A DNA stretch of 64,000 nt, from assembly GCF_037042905.1 (NCBI RefSeq), contig NC_087251.1:34474001-34538000 (forward strand). Direction: 5' to 3'. Origin of the DNA: Lytechinus pictus (lineage: Eukaryota). Under the pieces are notes generated by a model. The model was not told where the DNA came from, made no database searches, and worked only from the letters and a program-made list of their open reading frames with translations. Shown here piece after piece: positions 53,686-64,000 of this stretch (position 1 is the stretch's first letter; each line of letters opens with the position of its first letter). The position numbers were made by a program, and so were the translations under genes.

Positions 53686-55365
53686 TAAGTCTGCACTAGC
53701 TCATTACATTTAAAATGAGGTACAGCTATCAAGGATTGTTCTGCAAAGCTAAAGCAAGTAATTTCCTGTTCTACAAGAAAGCTAGGGTACTGTTTGAACT
53801 CGGGTGAAAGTCATTCTCATGTTCATTCACCCTGTAGCCCCATACATTGTAATCCATGCTGTAGTGTCATTCTCATTAGGTTTTTCACATGACCAGAATG
53901 GGCCGTGTGTGTGAAGAACGATCCGGGGTTCAATAACATAGCAGGGCATCTGCAGCGTTTGTTTTGATTAGGAAATGTGGCCCATTACACTCTCACTATT
54001 GCTGCGAGCGATTAATTTTCCCTTTGACGGCTTTTCAACCGTCATCCCCCCTCCAATGGACGTCCATGTGGTGTTTATGGATCTGGGGATTACTTTCTGA
54101 TTAGGGCTTCAGCTCTTGTAGAAAATCTTCTTCATGATGATGGACATATTAACGTGTCATACGAAACCCTGGATACATTGGTGCGATGCGTTCTGTTGCT
54201 GTGCTTTGTTTCGATGATGCGGGGATGATTAGCAAAACTGGAGCAGGATATTCCATGTCCCAGATATTGGGAATAGATTCAATTGCATGTTTCCGATGTC
54301 TGGACGCTTAATTTGCATTCAAAAGCCACCATGCTCAAGTCCGTCCTGTTTATCAAGAGCATACAGCCTTGGAAATGATAATTGATATGTTGTTCGAAGC
54401 AATGATTTAGAGCAAAGTACAAAGTGGTCACATACAGACAGGATAGGAGGATTTTCTTTAATATCAATCCAAAAGTTTATTTTAGGACACCATGAATATC
54501 ACAGAGAGGTGGGGGGGGGGGAGATTGAGTGAGAGAAATTGCAAGAAGGTGAGCAACATGGAATGTAAAAATTCATCTATTTGTATAGAGAGGGAGAGAT
54601 AGAGAGAGAGGGGGGTCCAATATAAATCAGTTTCATAGATATTGATAAAATCCGTAACAAGTTTAATGAAAATAATGTGTCAATGTCAATGAGAATCATA
54701 AGAATAATTTTGTGAGAGAGTGTGATTAATACTGAATTTATTCTCCTTTATATATTTTTCTCCCAAGTGTTAATTTTCCCACATTACTCCATCTATCTAA
54801 TAGAACAAATTAATGGTGAGAATTATAGCTGCAAATTGTGTGCGTTGTCAATTCTTTAATATAAAGTCAGTACTTGTGATTATCAATTAAAAGATGCAAA
54901 ATTTTATTCATTTTTATAATCATATTGTGTCTGTGTCAAGAGAATATAAATAATTTGGTGAGAAATATTGATTAGATCATTTTTTTTATTATCCTTCTCC
55001 TTTAACTGTCACCCCCTATCGCACATTATTCCTCATATCAGTAAGAAGAAAAAAAAGCAATAATATTTGTAGTTGCAAATTATTTTCTTTGTAGATGATT
55101 GTGTATTTTATCTTTTTAAAGTCAATTTTCTTAATACATGTAGTTAGGACTGATTTAAGGTAATAGACAATTAGCCTTTCTAGGAACCAGAATATTAGTT
55201 TGTGGGCAGTTCAGTTGTGATTCTTTCTTGTTGATGAAATTGAACTTATTGATTTGTGTATTCTCTTTATGCTGCTAAAATATATCATATTTCAGAACCT
55301 TTTGAACATCTCTTTAATGATAATTTGAATAATACTTAATTTCTTCCGTTTCCCTTTCATTTCAG

Positions 55366-55602
55366 GCTACACAGGAGTCACATGCAATATCCAGTATAAT
55401 GAATGTGTATCCAGCCCCTGTCTTCATGGAGGGTTCTGTGTGGATGAACTCAATGATTATCGGTGCGACTGTGGCCCCGGTTACATGGGTGAACACTGCG
55501 AAACCAAAGTGGACCTTTGTGAATCAAGCCCGTGTCATAATTCAACAGTGTGCGTGGACGAGGGAAACACATATTCATGCGTCTGTGGACATGGATTTAC
55601 AG
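55366..55602 (+). CDS. EYS: EYS-like exon D; calcium-binding-type EGF repeats
   Basis: tccctttcatttcAG acceptor and G|GTAAGA donor. Phase 1/1, 237 nt. Translates GYTGVTCNIQYNECVSSPCLHGGFCVDELNDYRCDCGPGYMGEHCETKVDLCESSPCHNSTVCVDEGNTYSCVCGHGFT. Confidence 0.94.
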
Positions 55603-55709
55603 GTAAGATCGAGGGAGAGATAAAATGGAACAGCTTGTCAGTAGTAATTACTGACAAACTTGCTCTCAGCCAATCAGATGCAAGGATTTCAGTAGCTTAT
55701 AACAAGTGT

Positions 55710-55910
55710 TGGTGGATGGTAGGGGGAAACCCCGGTGTAGTGGTCCACCTGCATTCCCCAACCAGTTATCGGGAGGAGAGACCTGCGGGTCACAGTTCTG
55801 TGTGCGCGCCCTTGTAGGCGACCCAGATTGGCTGGCTCCTCCAATGCGCCTTTGAATGTCTTTGACAGATATATGGCGCTATACAAATGCTGCGCATCAT
55901 CATCATCATA
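55710..55910 (+). mobile_element. 5'-truncated SINE/LINE tail inserted into a small MITE (55612-55941)
   Basis: GC-rich segment ending tggcgctatacaaatgctgcg(cat)4 splits the ctcagccaatcagatgcaagg-family MITE between ...taacaagtgt and tcactgacaag.... Confidence 0.65.
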
Positions 55911-56833
55911 TCACTGACAAGATGCTTCTTGAAAAGCTCCCTAGCAAGCATAAGAAGGAACCCTTCTCAAGAATTAGAGTAATTACATTAGCATACATCT
56001 TACAGGCAGTTATTCCAAAGTACAGTTAGAACATTACATCTCCCCTCTTAAACTGATGTTGCGAGTTTATCTAATTGCTGAAAAATAGCCAAGAGGCTGT
56101 CTCAAAATGAGATGGATATGTCTAAAGTCATGCCTAAAGGACCTATGTTCAACTGGAATTTATCTCATAACCTTTTTGATGACTACTCAGTACAAAAAGT
56201 CCCCTAAAGCATGACATGATCATTATGGAAATGCATTAAAGCCTGTCTAAGGCTTCTATAGGTATAGGGGTCAGTAATGTGAATTATATTTCAGTATCAT
56301 TTAACGTACAACATTTCAGTGGACATAGAATGATTCTTCCAACCATTAGAATTCAAAAGTGACATTGTCTCATATCTAGGTCCCTCTCTATGCAATGTTT
56401 TTTTTTAAGGGCTCTCTTTCATTTATCTTTAGAAATTAGTGACTGGAGATCAGAAAGCTACATTCAATGATTATACCCTGAAATTTTCAGTCCTTTGTTT
56501 GAATTAGAATAATTTGATATAAAAAAGAAACAGACACAGGGATCTTTCATTTTCATGAAATTTTATCATTTAAAATAAGTTTTCATATAAAATTTATCCT
56601 GAAAAACACATTTTTATTTCATTTTCTCCACACGATAAATCTTTTATGGCAAACATGTATTTGAATAGTGATGGACACATCTTGGGTATTTACCAAAGCA
56701 AAACACAGGCTTTAAATATTGTCTGTAAAAGTGCTGTGTTTAACTATTTGTGAAACAGTCAGTGGATTTTGTCCTACCCATCTGTTGATCAAAGAAAAAC
56801 TCTTCTGTATTTTTGTCGGAAATCTTCAGGTAG

Positions 56834-57052
<219 letters not shown>

Positions 57053-57502
57053 TAATATCTCGGGGTGTGGTTAAAATCAATGTTTGTTGGCCTTCTACAT
57101 AATTATATATCCCCGTAAATATCGATATGATTGCATCTGTCGTTTGGATGTCCAAATGGAGCAGTTGTCGATCAGTGCCCTGTAGCACAATAGTGACTGA
57201 TTGCAAGGTTGTTTTTGGTGATTGATTCATTTATCATCATGTGCAATCAACAATAGAAATCAATTGTGCAATTGATTGCAAAGTTTTGTGTAACAGGGCC
57301 CAAATCTCTTGATTCCCATCCAGATTTAGGGGTATTAGAACAATTACTAGGGTGTATTAGGAATGATGATGCTCTGATTCTTGTTTGTTAGTATCAAGGT
57401 CACATAGGTCATACGTCAAAATATTGTTCTCATAGAAGCTAAAAATCAGTTTCTAGTGTGAACTTTACACTTGGCTCATGTAGGTTTGTGGAAGCAAATC
57501 TG

Positions 57503-57631
57503 GGGCCCGTAACACAAAGATTAGCGATCAATCGTACACTTGATTTTTACGATTGATTGTACATTGTAGTCTATGCAATCAATCGTAGAAAAATGTTCTA
57601 CGATCATTGCTAAGCTTTGTGTTATGGGCCT
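57503..57631. mobile_element. small GGGCCC-ended MITE; related decayed copies near 36790-36860, 44545-44660, 57177-57301
   Basis: ggcccgtaacacaaagattagcgat ... cattgctaagctttgtgttatgggcc. Confidence 0.75.
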
Positions 57632-58392
57632 ATGATTAGATTTGGGGGCATGAGGTCAAAGGTCAAAACAGCCCTTGAAGTAAGCTGTTGGGAGGGCAAG
57701 GCAATGTCTGTTTAACCTCTATCATTAAAGGTCAAGTCCACCCCAGGAAAATGCTAACTTGAATAAATAGAGAAAAATCAAACTAGCTTAGTGCTGAAAA
57801 TTTCATCAAAATCGGATGTAAAATAAGAAAGTTATGACATTTTAAAGTTTCGCTTATTTTTAAAAAAACAGTAATTTGCACAACTAGGTGAGTCAGACGA
57901 TGATGTCCATCAGTCACTATTTCTTTTGTTTTTTATTGTTTGAATTATACAATATTTCATTTTTTATAGATTTGACATTAAGGACCAACTTGACTGAACC
58001 ATATGGTATTAAACAATGCTAATTCCACATGTTCAGGGAGGAATTAACTCTTACCCGTTCAGCGTGTCCAAAATCGTTCATATATGAACGATCCAAATGT
58101 AACACGAAACTAAATCTTGAGTTGAATAGCCATGTATTATCGTAAATAGCCGAATGACATATCATTCTCTTCGGCTATTTCCAAGCTTTCGGATGGTACA
58201 CCATATATGGAAATAGCCGGAATACTTCGGAAACGATCGGCAAATACCTCAACCCCGAACCCCTCCAAAAGGTCATTCTCGGCAAGCGGTAGTAAATTCA
58301 CACACTACGCGCCTGTATGTGCGACGACTGTACGGGTTTCGGTGAGACATAAGCATCATCTATCGGAAAAATTTATGCTCAAATCATCAAAT

Positions 58393-58604
58393 ATGGCCAT
58401 GAAACTGGGATTATTGTCAAGTAATGACACCAATTTACCATCGGATGACATCGACTATGGAAATAATGCCCCAGATTTGTCAAATTCAAGCGAAGATTTG
58501 AGTGATTGTTTCACTAGCAGTAGTGACGATGATGATAACTCTTCAGTAAGTTCAGCTTCACGTGACGGGACAGACGTGTTGTCTTCAAAACGGCCTAAAA
58601 TCAC
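58393..58604 (+). CDS. piggyBac transposase predicted exon 1 (acidic/Ser-rich N-terminus); start codon uncertain (58207, 58375, 58393 or 58399)
   Basis: MAMKLG...SDDIDY...SSEDLSDCFTSSSDDDDNSS...KRPKI. The AC|GTAAGT donor is phase 2, matching the acceptor at 59638. Confidence 0.7.
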
Positions 58605-59638
58605 GTAAGTAAATCGTTATATTTTATTGAAAAAAGCTATACAAATTATTCGAAATGTATTTTAAATCTTAGATTTATGATCTTTTGGCAATATTCCTGG
58701 CCAAATTGTAGAAAATGGTTGTTTTTGTTTGTTTACATTCGAATGTGTCAACCCGGAAGTGGGGCTTTTGCATCAGCCAACAGCTGTTTTTGTGTACGAT
58801 CGATCGGAATATTCAGTACGTCTAGAATGATCTGAAACCCGTTTTTTCTTTATTTTGGAACTTATTTCGAGGTCATAAGTGACATGATTCCGCTAAGTAA
58901 ACATTTATTTTCATATTAGACCCACTATTCCAGATTTTTTTTAAATGTCTGACAGCAAATTATGTCATTTCTTCACTGTGTTCATGATGCATAGATCAGA
59001 TTGCTGTATCACAGTAAATGCCATATCACGGTCCCATATGTAGTATATTGTGTAAGTTATGGTCAGAGTAACCACGGCGCTAAAGCAGTATCGTATTTTG
59101 AATTTCACCAAACGAAATTCCACCCAAATTACAGAAATTCCTGAATTTCTCATTCCCAATCACTTTCATAAATTGAACTTAACTCGGACATTGGGAAGAA
59201 TCAAATCTGAGGTTGTTTCAGACATGTCAGAGTCTCAGACTACGGTACCGTAGTTGTTGCTCTTCATTCTTGGCCATCCGCACAAAATGTATTGGCCATC
59301 AATTTTACAGGAATATGATAAGGCATCGTGTCTTTCAAATAACGGCTTGCTTAACTAATCCTTACATTGACTTCTTTGCTTTCCATATTTAAATGCCAAT
59401 GTAGGCCTACCTCAGCATATTCCCATGAAATAGCTGATTACAGTTTCATTTTGCGCAGACAGCGGCCGTAAGCCACGCCGGCCGAAAGTGAGGAGAAGTG
59501 ACAAATAATGTTCAACACATGCCGATGTCCGATTTGATTTCAATTTACTTGAGTGATTGGAAATGAGATCATGGAAATACTGAGTTGTTTACTTTTTAAA
59601 ACTTTATCAACCTTATTTTCTTTTTAATTCATTATCAG

Positions 59639-61262
59639 AATCAACATTGGGGACAAAAGCTACGATGAGACGGATCATGCAGGACCATCAAAAAAGGAGG
59701 TTCGGTTTTTCCTACCCCATCGTCAAGCAGGCGTACAAATTTCTTCAATTCGCACCCGAAAATCAGCATCACAGTTCACCAAGGCAGTTGACTTCTTCAA
59801 GTTGTTTTTTACTCTCTCAATAATTGAAGAAATCTGCTATTTCACAAATGCCTATGCTCTCATCAATGCAAGAAAAGATCACGGGCAAAGTTATCTAAAT
59901 AGTGATGGATCTTTCACGTATGTTACACCGGATGAATTGTATTCTTTCATTGGTCTTCTGATATATATGGGCTTTGTCCAGCTGCCGAATATAGATCGTT
60001 ACTGGTCAACCAAAACGTTCTATCATGGGATATGGGCGCGTTCCTTTATGACTAAGAATCGATACAAAGCTATCAATAGCTTTCTTCATGTGGTTGATCC
60101 CACGGATGAAGAGGAAGGTGATCCCTTGGCAAAAGTTCGCTTTCTTATTGACCACATTAACAACATGTGTCAGGAGTTGTATCAACCGTTTCAAAACATC
60201 TCAATTGATGAACGAATGGTCCGTTCAAAGGGACGTTTTAAGTTCAGGATGTATATCCGCGATAAACCAACAAAGTTTGGATTTAAATTATGGGTCCTCG
60301 CGGATTCGGCAAATGGTTATACATGCAAATTTGAGGTCTACACGGGTCGCAAAGCTGAAGGGGTGCAACATGGTCTGGCATATGATGTCGTCATTCGTTT
60401 ATGTGAGAAGCTTATCAATCAGGGGTACCATCTGTACTGTGACAATTTTTACACTACATCAAGACTTTTCAGAGATTTGAAAGCTAGTGGTATATTAGCA
60501 TGTGGCACGGCCCTCGCCAACAGGAAAGACTTTCCATCGCATTTCAAGAAAACATTTAAATCATGGGCAAAAAAATCAAAGAAGGGACAAATGCGATGGG
60601 ACAGGGATGGACCTGTTTTGACTATGCAATGGAAAGACAATAAAACGGTGACCTTAATGTCTACAATTCACCAAGCTGATGCAGCCAGTCATACTCTCCG
60701 GAGGGTAAAAGTGAATGGTAAATTTTCACGCCATATTGTACGCCAACCTAATGCTTTCCAAGACTATAATCGTTTCATGAATGGCGTTGATCGCTCGGAC
60801 CAGTTAATTGGTAAATATGATACTTTGAGAAAAACAATAAAATGGTGGAAAACCTTGTTTTACCATATGGTGGACATAGCAGTTGTGAATTCATATATCC
60901 TATTCAAACTATTTCAACAGCAGTACCCAAATAATGTTGAATTACAACGTGGATCCACCTATCTGCAGCTTGAATTTAGGGAAGAGCTTGCTTGTCAGTT
61001 AGGAGACATTACTGATGAAACAGAAGTCCCTTTGTTCTCACAAACCAAACATGATAAACAGGACAAGGATGATGCTGAGCCTAAGCATATGCCAGATTGG
61101 ACAATGACGCGAAGAAACTGTCAGGTGTGCTTTCGGAAACTAAAGGTTGAGGTGAAATCAAGTGTAAAATGTGAAACTTGTGCTGTATTTCTCTGTTTCA
61201 ATGCCAAAAGAAACTGCTTCAGAGAGTGGCATAAATCCCAGGCTCAGCATCATGAAGTTTGA
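59639..61262 (+). CDS. piggyBac transposase main exon (DDD catalytic domain + C-terminal Cys-rich domain)
   Basis: Open frame from a T-rich acceptor (ttttctttttaattcattatcAG). Contains DFFKLFF, SIDERM, KPTKFGFK, YCDNFYT, YNRFMNGVDRSDQ, KWWK and the C-terminal CQVC...CETC...LC...CFREWH. No stops or frameshifts seen. Confidence 0.95.
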
Positions 61263-61324
61263 GTTTTGTTACATGTATGTTTGCATTATTTATGGTATCA
61301 AACTGAGTTATATTTCATTCCAGA

Positions 61325-62110
61325 TTGAGGAGGTTAAAAAACCTCTCGATATAAAACATTGGTTGTCAAGTTCTTTTCAGTATGTGAATGAATGGATTTT
61401 AGAATTCTTCGTGTGAATTGGTACAACTCACATTATACATCATCAATGATTGTAAATGTATTGGGATTTCTGGTTAATGTGACATTACTAATTTAATTTA
61501 TTCTCAAGAAATGTTACAGATATAATGACACAATATTGTACTGTAATTCAGGAATGATAGTAAAAGTTTATTACATAATGCAAACTAATGTTTGAGGAGG
61601 TTAAAAAGCCTCTCAATTTAAATTTTAAAACATTGGTAGTCAAGTTCTGTTCAGTATATGAATGAATTAGAATTCTTCGTGTGAATTGGTACAACTCACA
61701 TTATACATCATCAATGATTGTAAATGTATTGGGATTTCTGGTTAATGTGACATTACTAATTTAATTTATTCTCAAGAATTGTTACAGATATAATGACACA
61801 ATATTGTACTGTAATTCAGGAATGATAGTAAAAGTTTATTACATAATGCAAACTAATGTTTGAGGAGGTTAAAAAGCCTCTCAATTTGAATTTTAAATCA
61901 TTGGTAGTCAAGTTCTGTTCAGTATGTGAATGACTTAAAATTCTTCGTGTGAATTGGTACAACTCACATTATACATCATCAATGATTGTAAATGTATTGG
62001 GATTTCTGGTTAATTTATTCTGAAGAATTGTTACAGAAATAATGACACAAAATGGTACTGTAATTCAGGAATGATAGTAAAAGTTTATTACATAAAGCAA
62101 ACTAATGTTT
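61325..62110. repeat. about three tandem copies of a 267-268 bp unit in the piggyBac 3' region
   Basis: tgaggaggttaaaaa(a/g)cctctc recurs at about 61326, 61593 and 61861. The third unit has a small internal deletion. Confidence 0.92.
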
Positions 62111-63780
62111 GTACAAATACGCATTCTGTAATGGTAAATTGTCATTCATTTTAATACGATATATGAACAAATATCAGGAAAATGTGATATTAATACACTG
62201 ATTTGTACACTTTACAATGTGGCTTACAGAATTTATATTTCAAACATGCTGAAATGTATATTTTAAGACAAATATAGAATTATTACAGTAAGATGAAAAC
62301 AAAAACTGCACAAATTTGGATTATACTGTGCACGAGTGTATACAGGACATACGTTTGTGCACATGGAGACGGCTTATGAATATTCATATACATGTACAAT
62401 TGTACATTATGTATCGTAATTTGCATAAATTTGCATATACATGCAAATATTTGTCATCAAAATAAACTCCTCATCTTGCAGATTTAACTTAAAAGAATAA
62501 TTATTTTATTCCTAAGAGTTCAGACTTAATTGTACTGTTATAACTGACAGGCCTTATTTCCGTCATTGGTTACAACACAGTTTATGACAATTTTTACCCA
62601 AAAAGGTGAAATATTAAATTCACAAAAAATACAACTTTTAGTCAAAAGTATGACATAATTATGACATGCATGTATTGCTGAAGAGTTGCTCTAAAATCTT
62701 GTAATGCTTGTGTGAAGAATTTCTAATAATAAAATGCAAATAGTTGTCAACAAAAGTGGAAAATCTGAAAATTTCTATATATTTTGTGTATTATAATTAG
62801 CTCATTAATATTCATAACTTAATTTGCATACGTAATTATGCAAAAATATTCATATTTTTAAATTCTACACATTCTAAGCTTTCATATGGCATATAGGTTT
62901 ACATACTCTCCTCCATAAATTTTGCACCCTATACCCACTTAAACAGGAGTAAGACAATTACATATGCAAATTAGCAATATACCCCTGAACAGTTAAGAGT
63001 TAATTGTTGTTTCACTTGACAATGAGGAGAAAATTAGAATATTTCATATTTCATATAATAAAACACAAAAGAAATAGTGAGTGGATGACGTCATAGTCTC
63101 CTCATTTGCATACCAGCTAGGATGTGCATATAACTGTTTTGTGAAATTAAGCGAAACTTTAAAATGTCATAACTTTCTTATTTTACATCCGATTTTGATG
63201 AAATTTTCAGTGTTATGCTTGTTGGATTTTTCTCTTTTTATTCAAATCAACTTTTTGTTGAGGTGGACTTGTCCTTTAAAAGGCAATTTCTTTTGAGGAA
63301 AATTAGGTAGTTGAGATGCGCACCGAGGTGATCACCTTCAACGCCTTGGGATAACACAAGGTCTGGGTCAGAGGTCACATTTGATATTACACATAAAAAT
63401 AAAAATACATGATTTGATAAGTCCAATTCAAATTTGGCTCATGTATGCATCAGTGACAGTGATCTGATTTGAATTTGGGTTCACAAGGTCAAAGTTCCTA
63501 CAGGTCATTGCTCGTTTCCAGTGAATCACTTGGAATTAATCTTGGTTCATAAATGCATAGGGTAAGATCTGATTAGATTATGAAAGTTTTTGAAAATTTA
63601 GAAGTTTGAATTCAAAACTTCAATTCTGGCAATAAGGGAGACATACATTTAGTTTGAGTGCAGTTGATAATTCATGTAGAATCACTTTTTTCTGATGATA
63701 AAACCTTTTATGCCATTTTCAACTCTTCTGTTTGGGATTTACCAGTAGTTCCCTATATTCTGTGAATCCTGTCATATATA

Positions 63781-64000
63781 CAGCGCGTCCCAAAAAAAAT
63801 GTCCCTCTGACATACGGCTGAATTAATTCCAAAATATAGTATCATATTCAATTAAATGAACAGAACTAGAAAGCTCATTTCATAACCTAACTTCTATAAA
63901 AATTTAATCGGTCTCGCTTCAGCGGTTTTGAATACACATTCTGTTATGTAACAGTGGTAAATTTCAGCCCATTCCAAGTTTGCAGCAATGCAGTATTTAT
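63781..64000. mobile_element. left end of a probable Tc1/mariner-type element, cut by the window edge
   Basis: TA|CAGCGCGTCCCAAAAAAAATGTCCC. The partner TIR is not in the window. Confidence 0.5.

Larger units (their letters stand above)
58048..62999 (+). mobile_element. full-length piggyBac transposon, 4952 bp
   Basis: TTAA TSDs (58044-58047, 63000-63003). 15-bp TIRs CTCTTACCCGTTCAG / CTGAACAGTTAAGAG (13/15 match). Encodes a piggyBac transposase. Confidence 0.95.
57729..63275. mobile_element. Kolobok/T2-type MITE (about 591 bp when reconstructed), split by the piggyBac insertion
   Basis: TTAA|AGGTCAAGTCCACCCCA ... TGAGGTGGACTTGTCCT|TTAA. Long inverted arms (aaaatttcatcaaaatcggatgtaaaataagaaagttatgacattttaaagtttcgctta and its reverse complement at about 63148-63208). 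Confidence 0.9.

Noticed and set aside
58207..58608. Independent 133-aa gene
   Set aside because: Better explained as exon 1 of the piggyBac transposase: its stop lies inside a GTAAGT donor of matching phase.
61325..62110. CRISPR-like array
   Set aside because: Whole 268-bp units repeat with no unique spacers, in a eukaryotic context with no cas genes.
57300..63620. AGGTCAAAGGTCA (DR1) at about 57653 and related ggtca motifs near 57397 and 63363-63508 as a regulatory module or third nesting level
   Set aside because: They probably belong to a decayed ggtcaaaggtca-rich interspersed repeat whose boundaries I cannot define.

Overview
AT-rich animal genomic DNA. The repeat repertoire and gene content suggest an invertebrate deuterostome, probably a sea urchin; this is inference, not a search result. 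The whole window lies inside one + strand, large-intron gene. Five phase-compatible GT-AG exons (864-1033, 30976-31121, 43295-43559, 55366-55602, 56895-57023; 947 nt, about 1.5% of the window) encode an ephrin/cupredoxin-like N-terminal module followed by six EGF repeats, best matching eyes shut homolog (EYS). The introns are rich in transposable elements. The main ones are: an apparently intact, intron-containing 4.95-kb piggyBac nested in a Kolobok-type MITE; a 3.86-kb foldback element with about 1.8-kb inverted arms, TAG...CTA ends and a 3-bp TSD (Academ-like); many MITEs (Kolobok, Harbinger, CACTA, Tc1 types); tRNA-derived SINEs; and LINE tails. Two small RNA-like elements stand out: a SINE whose head resembles the 7SL/Alu domain (1283-1460, minus strand) and a Penelope-type minimal hammerhead ribozyme variant just downstream of exon B. 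Nearly all short ORFs in the supplied track look spurious. Family assignments rest on recalled consensus motifs and need database confirmation.
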